Origin: a bacterium
GTDB taxonomy: Bacteria > Patescibacteriota > Minisyncoccia > Phycocordibacterales > UBA9973
Assembly (NCBI GenBank): GCA_021831595.1
Contig: JAKBMK010000025.1
Location: forward strand, 1-61,113
DNA length: 61,113 bases
Direction of reading: 5' to 3'
The notes beneath the pieces are model-generated. The model ran no database searches. It saw only the letters and a list, made by a program, of their open reading frames with translations, and was not told where the DNA came from. Shown here in pieces: positions 40,866 to 51,097 of the stretch. The position numbers were made by a program, and so were the translations under genes. Each line of letters opens with the position of its first letter. The stretch's first letter is position 1.

Positions 40866-41642
40866 ATGACTTGGGCAGGGAAAAGAAAATTACAATATTT
40901 AGCAGGAGTGTTTGGAGTTGTATGTATAATACTCTTTATCTTTCTCTATCCTGTTATTTTTCAAAAGCCAACATGCTCTGATGGCAAAATGAATGGTAAT
41001 GAGACTGGAGTAGACTGTGGAGGATCTTGCCAGCTTATGTGTAAAGAGAAGACTTCAGATCCTGTGATTCTCTGGAGTAGAGGATTCCCCGTGCTCGGCA
41101 GTATGTACAATCTCGTAGCCTATGTCGAGAACCAGAACAAAAATTCTGCAGTTGAAAATATCAATTATCGATTTAATGTTTATGACGAGAAGAATCGTAT
41201 GATAGGAAGCAGAGAGGGTACAACCTTCATCCCTCCTAACAAACAGTTTGCTATTTTCGAACCGACATTTGATGCCGGTTTGAGTAAAGTAAAAAGTGTT
41301 TCTTTTGAATTTACAGGACCTCTCACTTGGGTCAAAAAGGAACCTACGATTAATAATCTAGATATATACGCAGACAAGATAACAATGGGGGATGATGTGA
41401 AAAGCCCTAGCCTCTCTGCTATTATCAAGAATGAATCTATATACGACATCCCTTCATTTGATGTTATCGCAATACTTTATGATGAGAAACACAACGCTAT
41501 AAATGCTTCAAAGACTGTTAAAGATGGACTCTATAGTAATGATTCTCTACCAGTATTTTTCACTTGGCCAGAAGTTTTGACCGCCACTCCTGTCTTGGAG
41601 GATGTTCTGATTTCGATTAATCCTTTCACTGTGTCTTTTTAA
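40866..41642 (+). CDS. Membrane-anchored protein with Cys-rich motif
   Basis: One TM helix, then TCSDGKMNGNETGVDCGGSC and two beta-rich domains. Confidence 0.75.
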   Translation: MTWAGKRKLQYLAGVFGVVCIILFIFLYPVIFQKPTCSDGKMNGNETGVDCGGSCQLMCKEKTSDPVILWSRGFPVLGSMYNLVAYVENQNKNSAVENINYRFNVYDEKNRMIGSREGTTFIPPNKQFAIFEPTFDAGLSKVKSVSFEFTGPLTWVKKEPTINNLDIYADKITMGDDVKSPSLSAIIKNESIYDIPSFDVIAILYDEKHNAINASKTVKDGLYSNDSLPVFFTWPEVLTATPVLEDVLISINPFTVSF

Positions 41643-41648
41643 CTTTTT

Positions 41649-42767
41649 ATGAAATCGCGCTTATTTAGTATAGATTGGCTACTAATTCTTTTTATCTTAC
41701 CTGTCCTCTCTGCAGGACTTATTACGATGAAGTCTTTCACCGAAGAGACTCCTTTCTTCTCGCACCAGTTGATGTGGATTGGTATTTCCTTTGCTGTACT
41801 TTTTGCATTATCTTTTATAGATTTTAGATTTCTGAAAAGGACAAGTATCCTCGTTGCACTATTTGGGATATTTTCTTTTCTATTAATTTTGTTGTTTATA
41901 ATTGGACACACTTCTAATGGGGCGCAGTCCTGGTTTAATCTCGGAGGCTTTTCTTTCCAGCCATCGGATATGATGAAGTTGGTAGTGATACTAATGCTTG
42001 CAAAATACTTTTCTCGTCGCCATGTTGAGATAGATAATTTCAAACACATATTTATATCTGGACTTTATGCTTTTATACCTTTCCTTCTAGTTTTCTTACA
42101 ACCGGACTTTGGTAGTGCTATCATCATATTATTTATCTGGATAGGAATGACTCTAGTATCTGGGATTTCTCGTAAATACTTCTTGTTAGTTCTAGGAGCG
42201 GGAGTTGTCGCCTTCACGATGTTGTGGTTCTTCGTCTTTCAACCTTATCAAAAGGATAGAATTATAAACTTTGTTGACCCAATGAGTGATGTCAGAGGCT
42301 CGGGGTACAATGTCTATCAATCAACGATTGCTGTAGGCTCCGGACAAATGATGGGGAAGGGTGTAGGGTTTGGCACTCAATCAAGATTGAAGTTTCTCCC
42401 CGAGTATCAGACGGACTTTATATTTGCTGCCTTTGTTGAAGAATGGGGTTTCGTCGGGGCTATGCTCCTGTTCCTCCTATTTGGACTCATCCTATGGCGG
42501 ATACTCCATATGGCTCTCCTTGGAGCGACGAATTTTGAAATACTTTATGGTGTAGGACTGTCGATATATTTTATTAGCCACTTGATAGTGAATATCGGTA
42601 TGAATATTGGTATAATGCCTGTGACGGGTATCACACTACCATTCATGAGTTATGGAGGTTCGCATTTACTGACAGAATTCATGGGGCTGGGAATATTGAT
42701 GGGGATGAGTAGATATAGACGCGTTGCACATCGAGACGATATGAAAAACGAGTTTTTAGGAATATAG
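41649..42767 (+). CDS. rodA: SEDS family peptidoglycan polymerase RodA
   Basis: GAQSWF..FQPSD, LQPDFG, LPEYQTDFIFA and PVTGITLPFMSYGGS. Confidence 0.9.
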   Translation: MKSRLFSIDWLLILFILPVLSAGLITMKSFTEETPFFSHQLMWIGISFAVLFALSFIDFRFLKRTSILVALFGIFSFLLILLFIIGHTSNGAQSWFNLGGFSFQPSDMMKLVVILMLAKYFSRRHVEIDNFKHIFISGLYAFIPFLLVFLQPDFGSAIIILFIWIGMTLVSGISRKYFLLVLGAGVVAFTMLWFFVFQPYQKDRIINFVDPMSDVRGSGYNVYQSTIAVGSGQMMGKGVGFGTQSRLKFLPEYQTDFIFAAFVEEWGFVGAMLLFLLFGLILWRILHMALLGATNFEILYGVGLSIYFISHLIVNIGMNIGIMPVTGITLPFMSYGGSHLLTEFMGLGILMGMSRYRRVAHRDDMKNEFLGI

Positions 42768-42776
42768 TAATTTTAG

Positions 42777-42822
42777 TTCTGCAAAGGTCTTGCCTTTGCG
42801 CAAAGGCAAGACCTTTGCAGAA
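42777..42822. repeat. Perfect 46-bp palindrome made of two family B REPs
   Basis: TTCTGCAAAGGTCTTGCCTTTGC|GCAAAGGCAAGACCTTTGCAGAA. Confidence 0.93.
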
Positions 42823-42828
42823 TAATAT

Positions 42829-43671
42829 ATGCAAATTATAGACGGACGAAAAATCAAAGAAGAAATTTTAAACGAACTAAAAGCAAAAGTCGAAGCTTTG
42901 CCTTTTCCGCCTATCTTTTGTGACATCTTGGTAGGGGATGATCCGGTGTCGGCTTCTTATGTTCGTATAAAAGGGAAGGCTGCCGAATCTATTGGTATTA
43001 AATTTAAAGTTGTAAACTTCCCAGAAACTGTCACGACAGAAGAAATAGTAAATGAGATCGATAATCTGAATCGTGTACCTCTTATGTCAGGTATTATAGT
43101 TCAGCTCCCTTTGCCTTCAATTATAAATACTCAAACAGTTCTCGGTGCTATAGACTCAAAGTTGGATGTAGATTGCCTTGGGTCTATCAATAGTACAAAT
43201 TTTTATGATGATAAAGGAGGGATTGGCTATCCGACAGCTCTGGCCTGTATGAAGCTTCTGGATTCACTGAATCTTGATTTGAAAGACAAAAAGATTGCAG
43301 TCATAGGCCGTGGCAAACTTGTAGGGTTACCCGTTACACACATTCTAGAATCAAGAGGCTTCAAGGTAAATGTTGTACATAGTCAGACAGAGAATAGTGA
43401 AGAAATTATTTTAAATGCTGATGTCATTATAACTGCCACAGGGAGAAGTAAATCTATAACAGGGGATATGGTCAAAGAGGGAGTAGTTATTATAGATGCT
43501 GGAACCTCAGAAGATAATGGTGCAGTAGTTGGAGATGTAGATATAGAATCAGTAGAAGGTAAAGCCTCGTTTGTCAGTCCGACACCAGGAGGAGTAGGAC
43601 CTGTCACCGTCGCAATGCTTCTAGAAAACGTTTATCAAGTAGCTTTAAATAAATCACAAAATGATAAATAA
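42829..43671 (+). CDS. folD: Methylenetetrahydrofolate dehydrogenase/cyclohydrolase
   Basis: GIIVQLPLP, GRGKLVGLP and SPTPGGVGPVTVAMLL. Confidence 0.96.
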   Translation: MQIIDGRKIKEEILNELKAKVEALPFPPIFCDILVGDDPVSASYVRIKGKAAESIGIKFKVVNFPETVTTEEIVNEIDNLNRVPLMSGIIVQLPLPSIINTQTVLGAIDSKLDVDCLGSINSTNFYDDKGGIGYPTALACMKLLDSLNLDLKDKKIAVIGRGKLVGLPVTHILESRGFKVNVVHSQTENSEEIILNADVIITATGRSKSITGDMVKEGVVIIDAGTSEDNGAVVGDVDIESVEGKASFVSPTPGGVGPVTVAMLLENVYQVALNKSQNDK

Positions 43672-44218
43672 TATAATTTTTTTAAAAATATTTAGTTTAG
43701 CTCATCAATCTCCATTTCTTGATTGGCTTATAGTTTTCAGTGCGGAAACATTTGGCTACATAATGATAGTGGTTGCTTTCATATATCTACTATTCCATAC
43801 AGACGGAGTTTTCGATTATAAAAATCCATTTCTACAACTAAAGAATAAATTTAGGGAAATATTTTTTGTTTTCTTCACGAGTCTTTTCGCTTGGGGACTT
43901 GAAGCGGTTATGAAGCACCTTATATCTTCTCCTCGACCATTTTTGTATTATCAGAATCTTACACCACTCTTTGTGCACGGAGGTATGGATTCTTTCCCTT
44001 CAGGGCATGCGATGTTCTTCTCGGCTTTGGCAGTGTCGCTTTACTTTGTACACAGAAGAATTGGTATCTTGTATATCTTTGTCGCTCTTATTGTAGGACT
44101 AGCTCGTATCGCAGCCGGGATTCACTTCCCAGTAGATATATTAGCGGGCTATTTAGTGGGTTCCATAATAGCCTTAATTATGAACCTTATTTTCGTAAAA
44201 ATTAAACAAAAAAGATAA
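43661..44218 (+). CDS. PAP2 family phosphatase
   Basis: K......RP, SFPSGHA and ARIAAGIHFPVD. Confidence 0.92.
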   Translation: MINNIIFLKIFSLAHQSPFLDWLIVFSAETFGYIMIVVAFIYLLFHTDGVFDYKNPFLQLKNKFREIFFVFFTSLFAWGLEAVMKHLISSPRPFLYYQNLTPLFVHGGMDSFPSGHAMFFSALAVSLYFVHRRIGILYIFVALIVGLARIAAGIHFPVDILAGYLVGSIIALIMNLIFVKIKQKR

Positions 44219-44277
44219 AATTCCGCCCAAGTAAAAAGCTTGATTTTTAAGGTAAAAAGGGCTAAAATGACCCTATT

Positions 44278-45684
44278 ATGTGGAAAACAAGAATTACAGC
44301 ATTACTCATTTTATTATTAGGCGCAGGTATAGGTTTCTTTGTTTATAAATCAGAATTATCTCACAGAACTCTCGTTGCAAAGAATGCGACAGCAGAGACG
44401 AAGCAAGCACCCACAGGGTTTGCCAAGTGGCCATTCAAGTTAGGCCTCGACCTTTCAGGTGGAACACACTTAGTGTATAGAGCAGATGTCTCAAGAGTTA
44501 ACTCTACTGAGATAAATGATTCAATGTCTTCACTTCGTGATGTTATCGAGAGACGCATAAATATTTTCGGAGTTTCAGAACCTTCAATCCAAGTTCAAGA
44601 TGGCGGCTTTTCTAATCAAGGGGAACAACGTTTGATTGTTGATCTTCCTGGTGTTACTGATGTCTCTCAAGCTATTGAAATGATAGGTCAGACTCCTACT
44701 CTTGATTTCCGTACAGAAAATCCTGTGAAGGATGCTCCACAGACAGCTACTGTTGATAAGAACGGACAAGTTGTATTAGATCCTTATGCTTCAAAATTTG
44801 TTCCTACTGAACTCACTGGTCGTTTCCTTCAAAAGGCAAACTTGGAATTTGATCAGACAACAGGTGAACCAATCGTTGGGCTACAATTCAATCCAGAAGG
44901 AGCGGCTTTGTTTGAAAAAATTACAAGTGAAAATGTTGGAAAGACTGTAGCTATTTTCCTCGATGGATCACCTATTTCAATACCAACAGTTAACGAAGCT
45001 ATAAAGGGTGGCAAGGCTCAAATCTCTGGAAACTTCAAACCACAAGAAGCCAAGACTCTCGTCGGCCGCCTAAATTCTGGCGCTCTTCCTGTGCCTATCG
45101 AACTTATTTCTACAGAAACAATTGGTCCATCTCTCGGAGCTAAGGCAACTACCGCTGGAGTTCAAGCTGCACTTATCGGATTCCTCGCTATAGCACTCTT
45201 CCTTATAATTTGGTACAGACTACCTGGAATGATTGCTGTTATCGCCCTTACTATATATGCAGTCACAATGATGGCTATATTCAAGACGGTGCCTGTGACT
45301 CTAACGGCCGCAGGTATTGCTGGATTTATCATTTCAATAGGTATTGCTGTGGATGCGAATGTGCTTATATTTGAACGTATCAAAGAAGAGCTAAGAGCTG
45401 GAAATAACGTTACAGATTCTATGCATAATGGTTTCAGACGTGCATGGCTCTCAGTTCGTGACTCAAATATTTCAAGTATTATCACAGCTATTATTTTGTA
45501 TTGGTTTGGTACAACTCTCATAAAAGGATTTGCATTGGTATTCTTAATCGGTGTTCTTGTTTCTATGATTTCTGCAATCTCCATCACACGATTGTTCCTC
45601 TATACTCTTAATATTAAGAAGACGAGTAAGTTTACTAATTTCTTGTTCGGGTCGGGCTTTAGTAGTGCTAAATCTCAAAAATAA
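44278..45684 (+). CDS. secD: Protein translocase subunit SecD
   Basis: LGLDLSGG, SGALPVP, IGPSLG and AVDANVLIFERIKEE. Confidence 0.97.
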   Translation: MWKTRITALLILLLGAGIGFFVYKSELSHRTLVAKNATAETKQAPTGFAKWPFKLGLDLSGGTHLVYRADVSRVNSTEINDSMSSLRDVIERRINIFGVSEPSIQVQDGGFSNQGEQRLIVDLPGVTDVSQAIEMIGQTPTLDFRTENPVKDAPQTATVDKNGQVVLDPYASKFVPTELTGRFLQKANLEFDQTTGEPIVGLQFNPEGAALFEKITSENVGKTVAIFLDGSPISIPTVNEAIKGGKAQISGNFKPQEAKTLVGRLNSGALPVPIELISTETIGPSLGAKATTAGVQAALIGFLAIALFLIIWYRLPGMIAVIALTIYAVTMMAIFKTVPVTLTAAGIAGFIISIGIAVDANVLIFERIKEELRAGNNVTDSMHNGFRRAWLSVRDSNISSIITAIILYWFGTTLIKGFALVFLIGVLVSMISAISITRLFLYTLNIKKTSKFTNFLFGSGFSSAKSQK

Positions 45685-45687
45685 TTT

Positions 45688-46569
45688 ATGTTCATAATTA
45701 AACACAAAAAAGTATTCGTTTTAGTTTCAGTTGTCTTGGTTGCCCTCTCTATTGGAGCGATCTCGTTCTTTGGTCTTAATCTAGGTATTGATTTCAAGGG
45801 AGGGTCTCTCACAGAAGTAGAATATGCGACAGTTCGTCCAGATCAGAGTGTAGTTGAGGCTGACTTGAAAAATTTGTCTCTCGGTCAAGCTTTAGTTCAG
45901 CCAATAGGGGACAAAGGTTATAGTATCAAGACTCGTGCTGTGACAGACAAAGAACACCAAGAGTTAGTAAAAGCACTTGGAGCAGATGCAAAAGAAAAGA
46001 GTTTCACTTCTATTGGTCCATCAGTAGGGAAGGAGCTTGCTCGTAAGTCACTCCTATCATTCATTCTTGTATCCCTCGGTATCATTTTCTGGATTGCTTA
46101 TTCTTTCCGTAAAGTTTCAAAGCCTGTCTCTTCTTGGAAGTATGGCCTTGTAGCTATCGTTACTCTTATTCACGATATCATGATTCCTGTTGGAGTCTTT
46201 GCAGTTTTGAGTCACATCTTTGGAGTTGAGATAGATACATTGTTCGTAGTAGCTATCCTTACTGTCCTAGGTCTTTCTGTGTCAGATACAATCGTGGTTT
46301 TCGATAGAATTCGTGAGAATATCCGTGTTGGTCACTTTAAAACTTTTGAAGAGACTGTCGGTAATAGTATTTCACAAGTTTATACTCGTTCTATTGCGAC
46401 TTCAGCAACAGTTATAATCGCATTGCTTGCTCTCGTCTTCTTTGGTCCTACAAGTACAAAAGTGTTCGCAATGATGCTCACAGCTGGTATGTTCTTTGGA
46501 ACTTACTCATCTATATTCCTTGCTTCACCACTTCTTGTTTTTGTAAAAAATTGGCAGAAAAGTAAATAA
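45688..46569 (+). CDS. secF: Protein translocase subunit SecF
   Basis: LGIDFKGG, IHD, DTIVVFDRIRE and GTYSSIFLASP. Confidence 0.97.
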   Translation: MFIIKHKKVFVLVSVVLVALSIGAISFFGLNLGIDFKGGSLTEVEYATVRPDQSVVEADLKNLSLGQALVQPIGDKGYSIKTRAVTDKEHQELVKALGADAKEKSFTSIGPSVGKELARKSLLSFILVSLGIIFWIAYSFRKVSKPVSSWKYGLVAIVTLIHDIMIPVGVFAVLSHIFGVEIDTLFVVAILTVLGLSVSDTIVVFDRIRENIRVGHFKTFEETVGNSISQVYTRSIATSATVIIALLALVFFGPTSTKVFAMMLTAGMFFGTYSSIFLASPLLVFVKNWQKSK

Positions 46570-46675
46570 TATATAGCTAATTAATAAATGCCCCGCCGAC
46601 TTTGTCGGCGGGGCATTTATGCTATAATATACTGACGCCGAAAGTCGGTAAATTAATATTAAAAATAACAATCAT

Positions 46676-47233
46676 ATGTCAATAATATATATAGTTTTGG
46701 GAATAATAGTTGCATTCGTTTTATATCTAATCTTCAAATATAATGGTTTTGTCAGTTTAAAGAATCGTGCACAAGAAGCTTGGGCAGATATCGATGTCCA
46801 GCTAAAACGCCGTTATGATCTCATTCCAAACTTGGTGAATACAGTCAAGGGTTATGCTACACATGAATCAACAGCATTTGAGAAGGTGACAGAGGCTCGT
46901 GCTAAAGCAATGGGTGCAGGTACAAGAGCTGAGAAGGGAGAAGCAGAGAATGCTTTGTCTGGAACTTTGAAATCTTTGTTTGCTATATCGGAAGCTTATC
47001 CAGAATTGAAAGCTAATACAAACTTTATACAATTACAAAACGAACTTGCCGATACAGAGAACAAGATTATGGCTTCACGCCGTTTCTATAATGGTAATGT
47101 CCGTGACTTCAACACAGGTGTACAAACTTTCCCAGGCAATCTCATAGCAGGTATGTTTAAATTCACAGCCTTAGAATTCTTTGAACTTGAAGCCGACAGC
47201 GCCGAGAAGAATCCAGTAGAAGTTAAGTTCTAG
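46676..47233 (+). CDS. lemA: LemA family protein
   Basis: AWADIDVQLKRRYDLIPNLV and EAYPELKAN. Confidence 0.96.
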   Translation: MSIIYIVLGIIVAFVLYLIFKYNGFVSLKNRAQEAWADIDVQLKRRYDLIPNLVNTVKGYATHESTAFEKVTEARAKAMGAGTRAEKGEAENALSGTLKSLFAISEAYPELKANTNFIQLQNELADTENKIMASRRFYNGNVRDFNTGVQTFPGNLIAGMFKFTALEFFELEADSAEKNPVEVKF

Positions 47234-47240
47234 AACGAAA

Positions 47241-48530
47241 ATGATTTCCATCTTTAGAAGAATTAAAAATAAAACAAATTTTATATTTTTAACAAAGATA
47301 TTCATTTTTGTTATCTTTTCATCGTATTCTTCTATAGCTCTTGCTCGAGGTGGAGGGGGAGGATCTGGCGGTGGAGGTGGAGGAGGCGGCGGCGGAGGCT
47401 TTTCTGGTCATGGCTCTGGAAGACCTCTAACTCTTTGGGATATGGCATATGCAGCCTTTTGGGCTCTTCTCATTATTATTCCTGTTGTAATTGCATGGTA
47501 TAAAAAGAAGAAAAAAATTGAAAAGGCAGAAATATTACTAAAAGAGGCTAAGTCTACAGATTCAAAATGGGATAAAGATTTGCTGAAAAATAAGGTGACG
47601 GAAACTTTCCTAAAATTTCAAGAAGATTGGAGTAATTTCAATGTTGAGAGAATGAAAGAATATCTGACAGAGGATTATTACAAAAGAATGGTTCTCGAGA
47701 TGAATGTTCTAAAAAATGAGAATAGACAGAATATTATGTCTGGTGTATCTATAAGTAGTTTGAACTTTTTAGAAATCCAAGACGAGAGTGACAATAATAA
47801 AGACAACTTCACAATTGAAGTTAATGCTATGGCACAAGATTCTCTGTATGATACAACAAATAATAGTTTATTATACAGAGACTCAAATCCTTTTTCTGAA
47901 TACTGGAATTTTTTGAGACAGGGAGATGATTGGAAACTTAATCTGATAAAACAAGTAACAGAAGATGCACAAAGCATAGAAAATGATATTGTGGATTTTG
48001 CCAAGAGAAATAATTTTTACTATGATCCAGATTTTGGCTGGCTTATGATGCCAAACAAAGGAGTTATTTTCAGTAAAAATAATTTTAAAACTTCCGATAT
48101 TAACAATCATGTGGTTGGATATTTTAGAGATAAAATTGTTGAATTTTATACATTTATTCCAAATGCTCAAAGTAGAGCGTCGCAAAATTTTCTTGTTGCA
48201 CAAATGGTTCTTCCAATACGATATAACGATATCTTGGTTAGGAGGAAGAGAGCTCTGATTAATATCGGTCCGTGGGGAATGAGAAGAATTAAAACGGAAA
48301 GTAATGATTTTGAGAGGAAGTTTTGTCTATGGGCTGATCCTTCAGATCAAATAAGTTCTTTTGAGCTTTTGTCTCCGGATTTTATGGAAAAAATATATGA
48401 ATTACCGTTTGAGCTAAATATAGAAATAGTTGGTAACTTTCTATACTTCTATTCTGAGAAGAGGTCTGGTGTGAATTATGATAAAATGTTAGAAATATTG
48501 TCTTGGGCATTTGACGAGATGAAAATGTAA
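47241..48530 (+). CDS. Membrane protein with Gly-rich linker and Tim44-like domain
   Basis: ARGGGGG..., a TM helix, FLKFQEDWS and FSEYWNFLRQGDDWKL. Confidence 0.7.
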   Translation: MISIFRRIKNKTNFIFLTKIFIFVIFSSYSSIALARGGGGGSGGGGGGGGGGGFSGHGSGRPLTLWDMAYAAFWALLIIIPVVIAWYKKKKKIEKAEILLKEAKSTDSKWDKDLLKNKVTETFLKFQEDWSNFNVERMKEYLTEDYYKRMVLEMNVLKNENRQNIMSGVSISSLNFLEIQDESDNNKDNFTIEVNAMAQDSLYDTTNNSLLYRDSNPFSEYWNFLRQGDDWKLNLIKQVTEDAQSIENDIVDFAKRNNFYYDPDFGWLMMPNKGVIFSKNNFKTSDINNHVVGYFRDKIVEFYTFIPNAQSRASQNFLVAQMVLPIRYNDILVRRKRALINIGPWGMRRIKTESNDFERKFCLWADPSDQISSFELLSPDFMEKIYELPFELNIEIVGNFLYFYSEKRSGVNYDKMLEILSWAFDEMKM

Positions 48531-48552
48531 TTTTATTTATTATTTTAATTTT

Positions 48553-49443
48553 ATGGCAACTTTATATACGCAGCAATCAAATAATGTAGCGAAGACTTGG
48601 ATGCTCATGAGCGCCTTCTTGGTCATCGTCATAGGGCTTGGTTTTTTGTTTTCAAGGATGTACAACAATCCTAGTATTCTTTATATTTTCGTAATATTTT
48701 CTATTGTTATGAATATTATGAGTTATTGGTATTCCGACAAGATTGCTTTGTCTCTTGCGAAGGCCAAGCCTGCCACAAGGGAACAGTATTTTGATTTCTA
48801 TACTCTTGTCGAGAATTTATCTATCACGGCTGGACTACCGATGCCAAAAATTTATGTTATAGAAGATCCTTCCCCAAATGCTTTTGCTACAGGTAGAGAC
48901 AAGAACCACTCCGTTGTCGCAGTGACGACAGGTCTCCTAGCTATTATGAACAAGACTGAGCTTGAGGGTGTGATTGCTCATGAAATGAGTCACATTGGGA
49001 ATAAGGACATGCTTCTCTCTACTGTAGCTGTTGTTCTCGTCGGATTCGTGGCTATTATCTCTGATATGATGCTCCGCATGTCTCTCTTTGGTGGTAATCG
49101 TGATGACAGAGAAGGAAACAACCTATTTATGATTATAGGTATTATTGTGGCTATTCTTGCTCCTATCGCTGCGACTCTTATACAACTAGCTATTTCAAGG
49201 AAAAGAGAGTACCTCGCGGATGCTTCCGGTGCTCTCCTTACACGTTATCCTGAAGGGCTGGCAAGGGCACTTGAGAAGATTTCCCAATATGGAAGACCTA
49301 TGCAATCTCAATCGACTGCTATTGCGCATCTGTATATAGCAAACCCACTTGGATCTGGTAATTTCGCTAAAAAAGCTAGTAATTTGTTCTCGACCCACCC
49401 CCCAGTAGAAGAGAGAATTAAGAAACTTCGAGGAAGTTTATAA
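48553..49443 (+). CDS. htpX: Zinc metalloprotease HtpX (M48)
   Basis: PNAFATGR, HEMSH, SRKREYLAD and FSTHPP. Confidence 0.96.
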   Translation: MATLYTQQSNNVAKTWMLMSAFLVIVIGLGFLFSRMYNNPSILYIFVIFSIVMNIMSYWYSDKIALSLAKAKPATREQYFDFYTLVENLSITAGLPMPKIYVIEDPSPNAFATGRDKNHSVVAVTTGLLAIMNKTELEGVIAHEMSHIGNKDMLLSTVAVVLVGFVAIISDMMLRMSLFGGNRDDREGNNLFMIIGIIVAILAPIAATLIQLAISRKREYLADASGALLTRYPEGLARALEKISQYGRPMQSQSTAIAHLYIANPLGSGNFAKKASNLFSTHPPVEERIKKLRGSL

Positions 49444-49578
49444 TTTTACTTGGTAAAAAATTAAATATTTAGTATGATACACTCAGATGTTCTTTTTAGA
49501 GCGTAGCTTTTTATTTTTAATTAAAGGCTATGTGTATCCCATATCCACTTTACTCACGTAAGGTGGATATTGGGATAT

Positions 49579-49665
49579 GGATGGTTCGCATAGTGGTCGA
49601 GTGCGCAGTCCTGGAAAGACTGTATACCTGAAAGGGTATCGAGGGTTCGAATCCCTCACCATCCG
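49579..49665 (+). tRNA. tRNA-Ser(GGA)
   Basis: Acceptor stem GGATGGT/ACCATCC-G, anticodon arm CAGTC-CTGGAAA-GACTG, a long variable arm and T-loop GTTCGAATC. No CCA is encoded. Confidence 0.96.
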
Positions 49666-49708
49666 CAATTGTCTATCAGATATTTAAAATATTTGATACA
49701 ATAGACCT

Positions 49709-50371
49709 ATGAAAAAATATATTAAACTCTTGATGACTTTTAGGAAGAAACTAAAAACATGGCTAGCTAAAAAGAAAAATTTTAAATCAGCTTTAATCGT
49801 TGTAATCTTCGGGATTTTTATATTGCTGATAACAAATATGAATCCAGGAATTTTGAATAATCCAAAAACAGAAATTTCTAGTTTTATTCCATCAATAATG
49901 ATAGATGGTCTAAAACTTGATAGAGTAGAAAATCTATCAACTCCAGATGATCAAGGCTATGTACAAAAAGGGTTTGCCTTTTTTAATGTAGATGGAGAGG
50001 AGGTAGTTAGTTCTATTAATGACAAGGGGGAATTAATTGTTCAAACTAAACCAATTATATTAACAGTCTTCGTTTGTAATAGGGGGAATGCAGCTCACTG
50101 TCAGGAATATCTAAGTAATGGAGTAGTAGAAGTAAATAAAGGAGTTACTAACAAAAAAACATCAATTCATAATAGGAAGGTATTTCTAGCTTCATTTGAA
50201 GAGAGTAACCAGGATACAGACCCAAATTTTGATAAAACAAAATTAAGTTCGACTAGTTATTTGTGGTGCGAAGGGAAGCACTGTTTCCAGGTATTTTCAT
50301 ATAAAGAATTTAGTGATGTGACCGAGAAGCTAATAAATTCAATAATAGAAAACTATTCGAACAAAAAGTAG
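49709..50371 (+). CDS. Hypothetical membrane-anchored protein
   Basis: 220-aa ORF with one TM helix. Confidence 0.65.
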   Translation: MKKYIKLLMTFRKKLKTWLAKKKNFKSALIVVIFGIFILLITNMNPGILNNPKTEISSFIPSIMIDGLKLDRVENLSTPDDQGYVQKGFAFFNVDGEEVVSSINDKGELIVQTKPIILTVFVCNRGNAAHCQEYLSNGVVEVNKGVTNKKTSIHNRKVFLASFEESNQDTDPNFDKTKLSSTSYLWCEGKHCFQVFSYKEFSDVTEKLINSIIENYSNKK

Positions 50372-50597
50372 ATATTTGTACTAGAATAATTCATTGACTT
50401 AAATTCTATCAAGTTATAGAATTGTATTGCGAACGTCTCTAAAATTTAATAGCAATCCTTTCGACTTATATTATATAAGTCTTGTGTTTTGGGTCTCTTT
50501 GTGAGATTTCACCAAAGATAGATCCTCGTTTAGTAAAATTTTAACAATTTAATTAAGATTGAAGTTGCTTTTTAAACGACTTCAATTAGAAAATAGT

Positions 50598-51008
50598 ATG
50601 AATAAAAAAATAATTGTTCCGATAATAGTAGTTATTGTTGTAGTTGCTTCTTCGGTGTTTTTAATGGCTAGAGGTAACTCTTCATCTAAAAATGTTACAA
50701 GCAATGTCCCAGCCAAAGAGTTCTCTATGACCTCCTATACAGACATTGTAGATGGGAATTACCATCCTAATTTCTCAGTAAAAGAAATTACTGTAAAAAA
50801 GGGCGATAGAGTTAGAATTAAAATAACAGAAATAAGTGGAATGCACAATTTCAATATCGATGAATATGGAGTTCACATAGATACACCTCTCAATAAAGAA
50901 GTCGTCGCCGAGTTTGTCGCCGATAAGGCGGGGGAATTCATCTACTATTGTTCAAAGCCTGGGCATAGAGCAAATGGTCATTGGGGGACTCTTAAGGTCT
51001 TGGAATAG
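50598..51008 (+). CDS. Cupredoxin domain protein
   Basis: Signal anchor, ITVKKGDRV, MHNF and YYCSKPGHRANG. Confidence 0.88.
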   Translation: MNKKIIVPIIVVIVVVASSVFLMARGNSSSKNVTSNVPAKEFSMTSYTDIVDGNYHPNFSVKEITVKKGDRVRIKITEISGMHNFNIDEYGVHIDTPLNKEVVAEFVADKAGEFIYYCSKPGHRANGHWGTLKVLE

Positions 51009-51097
51009 AATATAAAAAATAAAAGCACCCATTATGGGTGCTTTTAAGTTCTATGGTTTTAGTCTGTATTTGTGCTAGTATTTATATATAAACTTAT

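Noticed and set aside
47349-47400. GGN-rich tract as a DNA repeat element
   Set aside because: It encodes an in-frame poly-glycine linker with mixed codons.
49579-51050. tRNA-Ser as an island integration site
   Set aside because: No integrase is present and I found no duplicated tRNA 3' end downstream.
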